This document shows, in pieces, positions 44,601 to 59,347 of a stretch of DNA of 64,000 bases; within the stretch, counting starts at the first letter, position 1, and each line of letters opens with the position of its first letter. The stretch lies in the NCBI RefSeq assembly GCF_009914755.1, contig NC_060929.1, one strand, 5' to 3'. The position numbers were made by a program, and so were the translations under genes. Origin of the DNA: the human T2T-CHM13v2.0 reference genome, Homo sapiens. Under the pieces are notes generated by a model that made no database searches, was not told the origin of the DNA, and saw only the letters and a list, made by a program, of their open reading frames with translations.

Positions 44601-46647
44601 GCTTTGCCCCTTTACCCACCCTGGTAGCTTAACACAAAGAACAGAAACTTTTGGGAGCCCTGTAGCCCCACCCATCACCTGAGAAACCAGGATACCTCCC
44701 CTGGGTAACATAAGGCAAGCACAAATCCTACCACTTCTACCACAGCTGGTGCTCTTTTGCAAACACCACCTCCTGGCTGGAGGCCAAGTGACAGATCCAT
44801 TACAGCCTCTACAGGTAGCGCAACACTGCACCCATGAAGGGGAAAACTTGTACATGACCTCAGCTGTCACCATTGTCTGCACCACCCTGGCTAACTAGGA
44901 GGTCTGAGTCTGTCCATGTAACCAGTTTATTACCAATACAACCAGCATTTGAGAAAGCCAACACACTAAGGCTATTTACAACCAAGGAATCTCATCGAGT
45001 CTACATCACTCCCCTACTGCCCCTATCAGAGAAGGTGCTGGTACCCACTGCTGGGAGAGTTAAGGACTGGTCACGTCACTGGTTCCTTTTCAGATACACC
45101 CCAGCCTGGAGTGTGGCAGCCCTACTGGGTGGCTAGACCCAGAGGAACAGCAGCATTCACATTGTCTGGCCTTCAGGGACTCCTACTCCTGGAGGAAGAG
45201 AGGGAAACATATCGAGGGAATACCCTTTGAGACAAAGGAATCTGGATGGCAGGTTTTGAGTCCCAGATCTTTCCACTGGTGAAAAGTTTCTTTCAGTAGA
45301 GGTACAAGTGCAGTGCTGGGCTCAGCAGGCAAAGTCTGCAGCTCTCTGCTAATGGCAGCCCTGCTGCTCAAGAAGCATCTTGAGGAGACTTATTTTCCAC
45401 CTCAACCACTACAGCAGAAACAAATGGGGCTTCTCTCATGGGAGCTCAGCACGGGCACACCTATAGACAACCCTTTTGGAACACTTCAGGGTGACTGAAT
45501 CTCCACAGGTGGAGTGCCCTCCAGGTTCAGGCTTGAATAAGACGTACAGTCACAGTTTCTCTCTACTTGGAATATCAACATTTCTGCATATGAAAAGAGG
45601 TGCCTGTCTGATCTGAATAGCTGGAACACTGGGTCAGGAGTGTGTCTGAGAGGTAGAGGGACACCTCCTCTTACTGGGAGGTGAATTATTCAAGCCTGGA
45701 CTATTCAGCCCAGTAAATTAAATACTGGAGAAAAAATTAAAAGTTCACACCATGGGGGAATGAGGTAAGCTTCAAGAGACCTCTGTCATTCTGATCCCAT
45801 AGGAAACAGTGAGCCTGCTCACACAGTGAGCACATTGCTACTGCAACAATTACCTGAGAAAGCCATCATACAGAGACTCTCTATAACCAAGGAACTCATA
45901 AAATACAGAGTCTTCACCCTTCTCCCCTGAAAGCACCAAGAGCTGAATTCAGCTACAAAAAAACTATAAACATTAAAGCCATATATTTAAGGGGGGGAAA
46001 GGAATATTTTTTTAAAAATCAAAAACAAATTCAAGAATCATTAGGAGAAATAGTTTACCCAAATAAAGAACCAAAAAAATAATTCTGGAAATATGACAAA
46101 ACAGGATTCTTTAACATCCCTAAGAGATCGCAGTAACTTTCTAGCAATGAATCCAAACCAAGATGCAATCCTTGAAATACCAGATAAATTCAAACGGTTT
46201 ATTATAAAGCTACTCAAGGAGATACCAGAGAAAAGTGAAAACCAACATAAAGAAATTTAAAAACAATTCAGGATCTGAATGAAAAATTTTCTAAAGAGAT
46301 AGATATTTTAAAGAAAAGCCAATCAGAACTTCTGGAAATGAAAGGCACATTTAAGGAATTAAAAAATGCAGTGGAAAGTTAACAATAGACTAGAATAAGT
46401 ATTCAGAAAGAATTTCAGAGTTTGAAGACAAGGCTTTCAAATTTACCCAAGCAGACAAAAATAAATAATCAAAAGAAATAAAATATCTAAGAAATATGGG
46501 ATTATATAAAGTGACCAAATCTAAGAATAACTGGTGTTCCTGAGAGAGAAGTCTAAAGGTTTGAAAAACTTATTTGAGGGAATAATTGAGAAAAATTTCC
46601 CTGGCCTTGCTAGAGATTTAGATATCCAAATACGAGAAGCTCATCTC

Positions 46648-47148
46648 TGTATTAGGGCTCTCTAGAGGGACAGAGCTAATAGGATATATGTACATATGAA
46701 AGGGAGTTTATTAAGGAGAATTGACTCACATGGTCACAAAGTCAAGTCCCATGATAGGCCATCTGCAAGTTGAGGAGCAAGGAAGCCAGTAGTGGATCAG
46801 TCCAAGTCCCAAAACCTCAGAAGTAGGGAAGCCAACAGTGCAGCCTCAGTGCAGCCTACACCAGTCCAAAAGCTGAGGAACTTGGAGTCTGATATTTGAG
46901 GGCAGGAAGCATCCAGCACAAGAGAAAGATGAAGGCCAGAAGACTCAGCAAGTCTGCTCTTCCATCTTCTCCTGCCTGCTTTATTCTAGCCATGCTGGCA
47001 GCTGATTAGATGGTGCCCACCCAGACTGAGGGTGGATTTTCCTCTCCCAGTTCACTGTCTCAAATGTTAATCCTCTATGGCAACACCCAGGAACAATACT
47101 TTGCATCCTTCAATCCAATCAAGTTGACACTCAATATTAACCATCACA
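46648..47148 (-). mobile_element. MLT2A solo LTR (HERV-L)
   Basis: Ends TGTATTAGGGCTCTCTAGAGGGACAGA... and ...CAATCAAGTTGACACTCAATATTAACCATCACA. Confidence 0.92.
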
Positions 47149-49778
47149 CTGGCCTTGCTAGAGATTTAGATATCCAAATACAAGACACTCAAAGAATTCC
47201 TGGGAGATTCATTACAAAAAGGACTTCACTAAGGCATATAGTCATCAAGCCATTTAAGTCAACATGAAGGAAAGAATTCTGAGAGCAGTAAGATAAAAGC
47301 ACCAGGTAACCTAAAATGGAAAACTTATCAGACTTACAGCAGACTTCTCACTAGAAACCTTAAAAGCCAGAAGAGATTGGGGTCCCATCATTAGCCCCCT
47401 AAAACAGAATAACTGTCAGCCAAGAATTTTTTAAATCAAGCAAATATAAGTTTCATAAATGAAAGAGAAATAAAGACATTTTCAGACAAACAAATGCTGA
47501 GGGAATTGTCACTACCAGGCCAGCCCTAAAAGAAATGCTAAAAGGAGTTCTAAACCCTGAAACAGAAGGTCAATACGCACCAGAATAAAATCTCATGAAA
47601 GCATAAAACTCAGAGGGCCTATAAAACAACACAATGAAGAAAACAAAGTATCTAGCTAACAACTAACATGATGACTAGAACAGTATCTCACAGCAATATT
47701 AACACTGAATGTAAATGGCCCAAATTCTCCACTTACAAGACACACATTAGCAGAATTTAAAAAAAATCACAAACCAAATATCTGTGGGCTTCCAGAGACT
47801 TACCTAACATGTAAGAATTCATATAAACTCAAGGTAAAGGGGTAGAAAAACATTTCATGCAAATGGAAACCAAAACCAAATGAGAGTAGTTATTTTTTAT
47901 CAGATAAAACAGACTTCAACAGTTTAAAAAAAAGAAAAAGACAGTAATTATAATAAAATCAATCCAACAAGAAGATATTACAATCCTAAATTTATATGCA
48001 CCTAACACTGGATCTCCTAGATTCATAAAACATTTGCTACTAGAAATGAGATACATAGCAACACAATAGTGGAGGACTTTAACACTCCACTGACATCACT
48101 AGATGATCAGAGACAGAAAGTCAAAGAAACAATGGAATTAAACTACACTCTAGAACAAATGGACCTAACAGTTATTACAGAACATTCTACCCAACAACTT
48201 CAGAATATACAGTCTTCTCAACAGCACATCTATCTCCAAGACAGACCATAGGACAGGCCACAAAACAAGTCTCAATAAATTTAAAAAATAATTGTATCAA
48301 GTATCTTCTCAGACCACAGTGGAATAAATGAAATCAACTAGAAAAGGCATCATCAAAATGATACAAATATATGGAAATTAAACAATCTGCTCCTGCATGA
48401 TTTTTGGGTTAACAATGATAAAGGTGGAAATTTAAAAACTCCTTGAAATGAATGATACTAGTGACACAAGTTATCAAAACCCCTGAGATACAGCAAAAAG
48501 CAGTGCTAGAAGGAAAGTTTACACCACTAAATGCCTACATCAAAAAGTCTGAAAGATCACAAGTTGAAAATCTAATGTCACACACCTCAAGGAACTAGAG
48601 CAACAAGACCTAAATCCAAAGCTAGTGGAAGGAAAGAAATAAAGATCAGAGTAGAACTGAGTAAAATTAAAACAAAAAAATACAAAGGATCAACGAAACA
48701 AAAAGTTGGTTCTTTGGTTGAGAAGATAAAATTAATAGATCATTAGCTAGATTAACCAATAAAAGAAGGGAGAAGATTCAAATAAACTCAATGAGAAATA
48801 AAACTGGAGACATTACAACTGACACCACAGAAGTACAAAAGATGATTTGAGACTAGTATGAACACCTCTATGCACATAAACTCAAAAATCTAGAAAAAAA
48901 AAATGGATAAACTCCTGGAAACATACAACCCTCCTAAATTAAACCAGGAAGAAATAGAAACCCTGAACAGACAAATAGCAAGGAGTGAGACTGAATCAGT
49001 AATTTTTTTAAAGTGCCAACAAAAAAAAAAAGCCAAGAGCCATATGGATTAACAGCTGACTTCTACCGGACATTTGAAGAATTAGTGCCAATCCTATCGA
49101 AACTATAACAAAAGATTGCAAAAGAGGGCATTCTCCCTAACTCATTGTATGAAGCCAGTATCATCCTGATACCGAAAACAGGAAAGGACACATCAAAAAA
49201 GAAAATTACAAATATCCCTGATGAGCATAGATGCAAAAATCCTCAACAAAATAACTGAATCCAACAGCATATCAAGAAGACAATACACCATGATCAAGTG
49301 GGTTTCATCCCAGGAATGCAGAGACGGTTTAACATGTGAGTCAAAAATAATTGTGATACATCACAAACAGGATTAAAAACAAAAACTGTAAAACCATTTC
49401 AATATATGCAGAAAAAGGATTGATAAAATCCAGCAAACATTTTTGATAAAAACACTCAACAAACTAGACATAGAAGGGACTTACCTCAAAATAAGAAAAG
49501 TCATATGACAAACCCACAGCTAACATCATACTGAATGGGAAAGAGTTGAAACCATTCCCCAAGAAGTGGAACAAGACAAGGATGCCTACTTTCACTACTT
49601 TCCTTCAATATAGTACTAAAAGTCCTAGCCAGAGCAATAGAGCAAGAGAAAGATATAAAGGGCATCCAAATTGGCAAAGAGGAAGTCAAACTATTGCTGT
49701 TCACCAGTGATATAACACTATACCTAGAAAACCCTAAAGACTCCTCTCAAAAGACTCCTAGATTTGACAAATGAATTC

Positions 49779-50783
49779 TATCGCGGGAACCCACCCCCAA
49801 TATTTCAATGTAAGTTCTTTCTATTTTCCATAAGTGTCAGCCGGCTGAGAAATAAAGAGAGTATAAAGAGAGGAATTTTACAGCTGGGCCTCCAGGGGTG
49901 ACATCACGTATCAGTAGGACTGTGATGCCCACCTGAGCTGCAAAACCAGTAGGTTTTTATTAAGGATTTCAAAAGGGGAGGGGGTGTAAAAACAGGGAGT
50001 AGGTCACAAAGATCACATGCTTCAAAGGGCAAAAAGGAGAACAAAGATCACGTGTTTCTGAGGAAACAGGACCAGGGCAAAATCAGAAACTCCTAATGGG
50101 GTCTATGTTCAGCAGTGCATGTATTGTCTTGATAAACATCTTAACAGAAAACAGGGTTCGAAAGCAGAGAACTGGTCTGACTTCAAATTTACCAGGGTAG
50201 AATTTCCCAATCCTAGTAAGCCTGAGGGTACTGCAGGAGACCAGGGTGTATTTCAGTCCTTATCTCAACCACATAAGACAGACACTCCCAGAGCAGCTAT
50301 TTATAGACCTCCCCCTAGGAATGCATTCCTTCCCCAGGGTATTAATTATTAAATTCCTTGCTAGGAAAAGAATTTAGCGATATCTTCCCTACTTGTACGT
50401 CCATTTATAGGCTCTCTGCAAGAAGAAAAATATGGCTCTTTTTGCCTGACCCCGCAGGCAGTCAGACCTTATGGTTGTCTTCCCTTGTTCCCTAAAATCA
50501 CTGTTATTCTGTTCTTTTTCAAGGTGCACTGATTTCATATTGTTCAAACACACATGTTTTACAATCAATTTGTACAGTTAACACGATTATCGTAGTGGCC
50601 CTGAGGTGACGTACATCCTCAGCTTATGAGGATAACAGGATTAAGAGATTAAAGTAAGACAGGCATAAGAAATTATGAAAGTGTTTGGGAACTGGTAAAT
50701 GTCCATGAAATCTTCACAATTTATGTTCCTCTGCTGTGGCTCCAGCTGGTCCCTCCATTTGGGATCCCTGACTTCCCACAACA
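49779..50783 (-). mobile_element. MER11 solo LTR (HERV-K11/HML-8) with 6-bp TSD
   Basis: Minus strand starts TGTTGTGGGAAGTCAGGGATCCC...GAGGAACATAAATTGTGAAGATTTCATGG; TSD GAATTC at 49773-49778 and 50784-50789. Confidence 0.92.
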
Positions 50784-50873
50784 GAATTCAGGTTATGAAG
50801 TCAATCTACACAAATCAGTAGCACTGCTATACACCAACAACCAAGCTGAGAATCAAATTAGGAATACAATCCC

Positions 50874-51198
<325 letters not shown>

Positions 51199-54100
51199 CT
51201 AAAAATACCTAGAGATATATTTAACCAAGGAGGTGAAAGATCTATACAAGAAGAATTACAAAACATTGCTGAAAGAAATCCTAGGTGACACAAACAAATG
51301 GAAATACATCCCATGCTCATGAATTGGGAAAAAAAATCAATATCTTTAAAGTGACCATACTGCCTAAATCAATCTACAGATTTAATGCAATTCCTATTAA
51401 AATACCAACATTTTTCACAGAATTAGAAAAAACAATTGTAACATTCATATGGAACCTAAAAACACAAACAGCCAAAGCCAATTATAAGCATAAAGAACAA
51501 ATCTGGAGGCAACACATCACTGGACTTCAAATTATACTACAAGGCTATAGTTACCAAAACAGCATGGTACTGGTATAAAAGCAGACACATAGACCAATGC
51601 AACAGAATACAGAATCTAAAAATAAAGCCAAATATCTACAGCCTTCTGACCTTTGACAAAGCATAACAAAAATATAAATTGAGGAAAGGACACCCTATTT
51701 CATAAATACTGGGAAAACTGGTTAGCCATATTTAGAAAAATAAAATTGGATCCCCATCTTTCATATTATTAAAAAAATCAACTCAAGATGGATCCAAGAT
51801 TTAAATCTAAGACCTGAAGCCATAGAAATTTTAGAAGATAACCTAGGAAAAATTCTTCTGCACCTTGGCCTAGGCAAAGAATTTGTAAGACCCGAAAAGC
51901 AAATGCAACAAAAACAAAAAATGGGACCCAATTAAAGTAAAAAGCTTCTGTACAGCAGAAGAAATAATCAGAGTAAACAGAAACCCACAGATTGGGAAAA
52001 AATATTTGCAAATTATCCATCTGACAAAGGACTAATATTCAGAATCTACAAGGAACTCAAACCAGCAAGAAAATAATCCCATCAAAAAGTGGGCAAATGA
52101 CAAACAGACATTTCTCAAAAGTAGATATACAAATGACCAAACATATGAAAAACTGTTCAATGTCACTAATCATCAGGGAAATGCAAATTAAAACCACAAT
52201 GAGATACCACCTTACTCCTACAAGAATGGCCATTACTAAAAGTCAAAAAAACAATAGATGTTGGCATGGAAGTGGTGAAAACAGAATACTTATACACTGC
52301 TGGTGAGAATGTAAATTAGTTCAACGTCTTATGGAAGACAATATGGAGATTTCTTAAAGAACTAAAAGATCTGCCATTCAATCGAGCAGTCCCACTACTG
52401 GCTATCTACCAAAGGAAAATAAGTCAGTATATCAAAAAAACACCTGCACACATGTTTATTGCAGCACAATTCAAAATTGCAAAGATATGAAACCAAGTGC
52501 CTGGCGACCAGCGAGTGGATAAAGAAAATGCAGTCGCTTTTGCTGTTCTGTCAGAGAGGCCCAGTAGCAGTATCTCACTTCAGCCTTAATTTTTTTTCTA
52601 GTTTGCCAGAGCCAGCCTCATCATTCCACCTTATAGGTACCAGCAGCAGCTAGGCAGTGCCCACACATCAGAGCTACTCACATTGGGAATAACGAAGGAA
52701 ACAACTCGACCCACAGAGAATGGAGAAAAGCAAGGCTAGACAACAGCCTATCCAGGAGCAACAGAGCCAAGGGTACCTCCCCCACCCAGGAAAGTGATGA
52801 TTGAACGGGCGACTCTGAGAACCCAGGCTTCTCCCATGGATCTTTGCAACCTTCTGGTCAGGAGATACCTTCGTGAATCCATTCCACAGGGCCTTCTGTC
52901 TGACACACAGTGATGTGGAGTCTTGGTAGAGCAGCTGCTCGGGCACACCTGGAGATGTAGGAGCCTTAGATACTCAGGTTCAGGGCTTCCCAGCAAAAGT
53001 AACCACAAGGGTCTAGCAAAGCAGGAGGTTAGACCCCTGTACATACCACTAGGAAAGAGGCTGAATACAGGGGGCCAAGCAGTGACAGTCTGCAGGGCCC
53101 CACTTTCATGGCATCTTACAGGATAATACCACTAGCTTGGAATTCCAGTCAGCTACTGGTGGCAGCCTTGTGCTTCCTTGGGTGGGAGTTTCTGGGGAGA
53201 GGGGCAGGCTACCATCTTTGCTGTTTGGGCAAATTGGCATTCCAGCCTTCTGGCTTTACAGAGTCCAAGCCAACCAGGGGCAGAAGGGATCCCCCAGCAC
53301 AGCACAGCAGAGCAGCACAGCTATCCATTCCTCTTCACTGGGCAAGACCTCCTAACTGGGGTCTCCAGTGACTTCCTACAGGTGCATTCGGGCTAGCAAC
53401 AGGTCTGTATCTCCCTGGGAGGGAGCTCTCAGAGGTCAAGGCAGGCTGCCATCTTTACTGTTTCACAGCCTTCACTGGTGATACCTCCAGGTACTGGAAA
53501 ATCCAAGGCAACTATAGTGGGACTGGAGTGGGTGTTCAGCATATCACAGCAGCCCTATGGAAAAGTGTCCAGTCTCTTACATGGGTACCTGTTCCCATAT
53601 CTCCTCACTGGGGAGGTCCTCCAGGCCTGAGCCTCCAGGCACCCTCTGCCAGAGCTACTAGGCCAGTAGCAACTTGGAAATTCCCTGGACAGAGCCTCCA
53701 GGGGCAACTGAAAGCCTCTCTGCCACTGCCTCTGCAGTGGAACCATCCTTGCAACCCTTGGACTAAAAGGAGCAAATACCCTAAGTGCCTTATCCACACC
53801 TTCAACAAGCTGCAGTTGGCCCAAGCAGAGGGGGCCAGTGCATCTCCTATGGGTCCCACACACCCCCTACTGCTTGTCATCAGATAGGGAACCCCTGGCT
53901 TGGGCCCACAGCACAGACCCTCCATCCCGGGTCCATTGTCCCGAGTGGTTGCTGACCCACATCTCTCTGGGGTAGAGCCCCCAGGAGGCAAGCAAAGTGG
54001 TAAAGCAGCAAGCCAGCTGATGTGGAGCCCAAAGGGTTTGGTGCAGGAGCATCTGTAGTGGAGCATGGCCAGGGACAGTAATCAATTTAGGCTCAACTTG

Positions 54101-55079
54101 CTCTCATAAGAAACTTTGACCCTAGGGGAATGGTTGAGCCTGATCTCTGCAGGGCGGTCTTGGTCATCAGTCTGGGCTGGTATGACCTGAGCACTCCTTG
54201 GTCTGCTGGCCTCTCCTGGGGCCCCAGCCTGACCATGCCTGCTCACAGGGTAGTCTTGGGTGTCCAGGGGGCCCACATTGAGGTTTCTGTGTCAGTGGAC
54301 CATGCCTGACCAGTGGAGAGCTCCAGTGAGGTGGTTCCTGTGGCCATGCAGCAGCCCTCACATTCCCTCCCCATACTCTAGCTTCCCACAAGCCCACAGT
54401 AAGTCCCCACATCACTTTGCTGGTGTGTGTCTGCATAGGTGGATTTTGCTTCACTTGCCCTGCCAGCATGTAACGGTGCTGTATGCCGCTACCCCCAGCA
54501 ACCACCATTGCAGATGAAGCCTTGGTGGGCACAGTCAGCAAGCCCCACCTCTGCCAGCACCCTGCCCTTGTGCTGATGTTGCACAGAAAATGGGATCCTC
54601 CCACACCCTGAGTGATCACTCCTGCTTGAGGGGCATAGATAAGGCAGCCAGACCTGTGCTGGCCAGTCCCATGCCCGAAGCCAACACCACCTCCAGTGCA
54701 ACAGTAAACAGTCTCCAGCAGGGGCCCCCTGCTCCCTGCCTCTGCCACCACTATGGTGAATGCCTGCAGGGAGGCAAGCACCCTCGCATGCGCTAGCACT
54801 CTGCTAAAGCCGCCACACTTCGCACCCCCTGCCCAGTGCAGTGGACTCCAAACCTTGAGCCAGAGAACAAAGTTGGGGCCCAACACTAGTCCGCCAAAGT
54901 TAGAGCATGCTGTCCAGAGTTGGGAGCTGAGCATTGGCCTCCTAAAATCTCCCAGAAACAAAGCCAGTTGGCTGAATCCACCCTATACCACAATCAAACC
55001 CTCAAGGTCAAATAGGATAAAAGATAAACCCATCTAAATGTCAGCAACCTCAAAGATTGAAGGTAGATAGACCACAAAG

Positions 55080-56090
55080 ATGAGAAAGAGTCAGCATAAG
55101 AACACAGAAAACTCAAAAAGCCAGAGTACCTTCTTTTCTTTAAATGACTGTATCACCTCTCCGGCAAGTGTTCAGAACGAGGCTGAGGCTGAGATGGCTG
55201 AAATGACAGAAGTAGAATTCAGAATATGGATAGGTACAAAGTTCATTGAGCAAGAGGAGTATGTTGTAACCCAATCCAAGGAAGCTAAAAATCACGATAA
55301 AACATTGCAGAAGCTGGCAGACAAAATAGCCAGTATAGAGAAGAACATAACTGACCTGATAGAGCTGAAAAGCACACAAGGATTTCATAATGCAATCACA
55401 AGTATTAATAGCAGAATAGACCAAGTGGAGGAAAGAATCTCAGAGCCTGGAGAATGGCTTTCTGAAATAAGACAGGCAGACAAGAATAAATAAAAAAAGA
55501 ATGAAAAGGAACAAAACCTCTGGGAAATATGGGATTATGTAAAGAGACCAAGCCTACAACTGATTGGTGTACCTGAAAGAGATGGGGAGAATGATAACCA
55601 CTTGGAAAACATTTCAGGATATCATCCATGAGAAGTTCCCCAACCTAGACAGAGAAGCCAACATTCAAATTCAGGAAATGCAGAGAACCCCAGTAAGATA
55701 CTTCACAAGAAGATCACCCCCACGACACATAATCAGATTATCCAAGGTTGAAATGAAAGAAATTCTGTTAAAGGTAGTTAGAGAGAAAGGTCAGGTCACA
55801 TACAAAGGGCAGCCCATCAGACTAATGCAGACCTCTCAGATGAAACTCTATAAGCCAGAAGAGATTGGGGGCCAACATTCAAAGAAATTCCAACCCAGAA
55901 TTTCATATCCAGCCAAACTAAGCTTCACAAGCAAAGGAGAAATAAGATCCTTTTCAGACAACCAAATGCTGAGGGAATTTGTAAGGCACCAGACTTGCCT
56001 TATTAGAGCTCTTTTTTTCTATTAGAAGGAAGCACTAAATATGGAAAGACTTTTACCAGCCACTACAAAAACACACTGAAGTACACAGAC
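55080..56090 (+). pseudogene. Frameshifted L1 ORF1 of the L1PA13-like element
   Basis: Fragments MRKSQHKNTENSKSQ..., QDIIHEKFPNL...QIQEMQRTP and FQPRISYPAKLS. Confidence 0.85.
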
Positions 56091-59089
56091 CAGTGACACT
56101 GTGAAGAAACCACATAAACAAGTCTGCAAAATAACCAGCTAACATGATGACAGGATCAAATCCACACATATTAATACTAATCTTAAATGTAAATGGGCTA
56201 AATGCCCTGATTGAAAGACACAGAGTGGCAAGCTTGGTAAAGAAACAACACCCATTGCTATGCTGGCTTCAAGTGACCCATCTCACATGCAATGACATAC
56301 ATAGGCTCAAAATAAAGGGATGAAGGAAAATCTACCAAGCAAATGGAAAAAAAAAGAGCATGGGTTACAATCCTAGTTTCTGACAAAATAGACTTTATAC
56401 CAACAAAGATCAAAAAAAGACAAAGAAGGGCATTATATAGTGATAAAGGGTTTTATGTACCCAACACAGGAGCACCCAGATTCATAAAGCAAGTTCTTAG
56501 AGACCTTCAAAGAGACTTAAAGTCTCCCACTATTACCATGTGGGAGTCTAACACCCCACTGACAATATTAGACAGATCAACACAGAAAATTAACAAAGAT
56601 ATTCAGGACCTGAACTGAGCACTAGATCAAATGGGCCTGATAGAAGATATCTACAGAATTCTTCACCCCAAAACAACAGAATATGCATTCTTCTCATTGC
56701 CACATGGCACATACCCTAAAGGTGATTACATAATCAGAAGTAAAACACTCCTCACCAAATGCAAAAGGACTGAAATCCTAAGTCTCTCAGATCACAGCAC
56801 ACTCAAATTAGAAATCAGGACTAAGAAATTTACTGAAAACCATACAATTACATGAAAAGTGAATAACTTGCTCCTGAATGACTTTTAGGTAAATAATGAA
56901 ATTAAGGCAGAAGTCAAGAAGTTCTTTGAAACTAATAAGAATAAAAATACAACATACCAGAATCTCTGGGACACAGCTAAAGCAATACTAAGAGGGAAAC
57001 TTATAGCACTAAGTGCCCACATCAAAAAGTAGAAAGATCAAGCTAACAACCTAACATCACATCTAAAAGAACTAGAGAACCAAGAGCAATCAAATCCCAA
57101 AGCTAGCAGAGGACAAGAAATAACCAAAATCAGAGCTGAACTGAATAAGAGATAGGAAAAGCCATTCAAAAAAGAAAAATCAGTGAATCCAGGAGCTGGT
57201 TTTTGGAAAAAAATAAAATAGACCACTAGCTAGACTAATAAAGGAGCAAAGCAGAAAGATTCAAATAAACATGATCAGAAATGACAAGCAGGATGTTTCC
57301 ACTGACCCCACAGAAATACAACCATCAGAGAATATTATAAACACCTCTACACACATAAACTAGAAAAACTAGAAGAAATACATAAATTCCTGGACGTATA
57401 CATCCTCCCAAAACCAAACCAGGAAGAAGCTGAATCCATGAACAGATCAGTAAAGAGCTCTGAAATTGAGGCAGTAATAAATAGCCTACCAAAAAAAAAA
57501 AAGAAAAAAAGCCCGGGACCAGGCAGATTCACAGCTGAATTCTACCAGAGGTACAAAGAAGAGCTGGTACCATTCCTACAGAAAGTTTTGCAAAAAATTG
57601 AGGAAGAAGGACTCCTTCTGAACTCATCCTATGAGGCCAGCATCATCCTGTTACCAAAACCTGGCAAAGATACAACAAAAAAAGCTTCAGGCCAATATTC
57701 ATGATGAACATTGATGCAAAAATCCTCAACAAAATACTGGCAAGCCAAATCCAGCAGCACATCAAAAAGCTTATCCACCATGATCAAGTAGGCTTATATC
57801 CCTGGAATGCAAGGTGATTCAACATACACAATTCAATAAATGTGACATCATGTAAAGAGAGGACAAAAAACACATGATTATCTCAATAGATGCAGAAAAG
57901 GCTTTCAATAAAATTCAACATCCCTACATGTTAAAAATTCTCAATAAACTAGGTACTAAAGGAACATGCCTCAAAATAATAACAGCCATATATGACAAAC
58001 CCACGGTGAACATCTTACTGAATGGACAAAAGCTGGAAGCATTCCCCTTAAAAACTGGCACAAGACAGGAATGCCCTCTCTCACCACTCCTATTCAACAC
58101 AGTATTGGAAGTCAACATAGTATTGGAAGTCCCGGCCAGGGCAATCAGGCAAGAGAAAAAGACACAGGGCATCCAAATAGGAAGAGAGGAAGTCAAACTA
58201 TCCCTGTTTGCAAATGACATGATCCGGTATCTAGAAAACCCCATAGCCTCAGCCCTCAAAACCTAAAGCTGATAACTTCAACCAAGTCTCAGGATACAAA
58301 AGTCAATGTGCAAAAGTCACTAGCATTCCTATACACCAACAACAGGCAAGCCAAGAGCCAAGTCAGGAACAAACTCCTATTCACAACTGCCACAAAAAGA
58401 ATAAATTACCTAGGAATATAGCTAACTAGGGAGGTGAAAAGATAACTACAAAGAGAACTACAAACCACTGCTCAAAAAAGCAGTGACACAAACAAATGGA
58501 AAAACATTCCATGCTCATGAAAAGGAAGAATCAATGTCATGAAAATGGTCATACTGACCAAAGTAATTTATAGAGTCAATGCTATTCCCATTAAACTACC
58601 ATTGACATTCTTCACAGAATTAGAAAAAACTATTTTAAAATGCATATGGAGCCAAAAAGGAACCCCAATAGTCAAGGAAATCCTAAGCAAAAAGAACAAA
58701 GTTGGAGGCATCAAACTACCTGACTTCAAACTATACCACAGAGCTACCATAACCAAAATAGTATGGTACTGGTACAAAAACAGACACAAAGGCCAATGGA
58801 ATAGAGAATCCAGAAATAACACCACACACCTACAACCATCTGATCTTTGATAAGCCTGACAAAAACAAGCAATGGGAAAAGGATTGCCTATTCAACAAGT
58901 GGTGCTGAGATAACTGGCTAGTCATATGAAGATTGAAACTAGACCCAATCCTTATACCATACACAAAAATTAACTCAAGATAGATTAAAAACTTAAATGT
59001 AAAACCCAGAACTATAAAAACCCTGGAAGACAACCTAGGCAATACCACTCAGGACACAAGTACAGTCAAATATTTCATGATGAAGATGC

Positions 59090-59347
<258 letters not shown>

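Noticed and set aside
54167-54961. 264-aa minus-strand ORF
   Set aside because: Lies antisense in the GC-rich L1PA13-like 5'UTR where stops are scarce; no protein motif and not ORF0-like.
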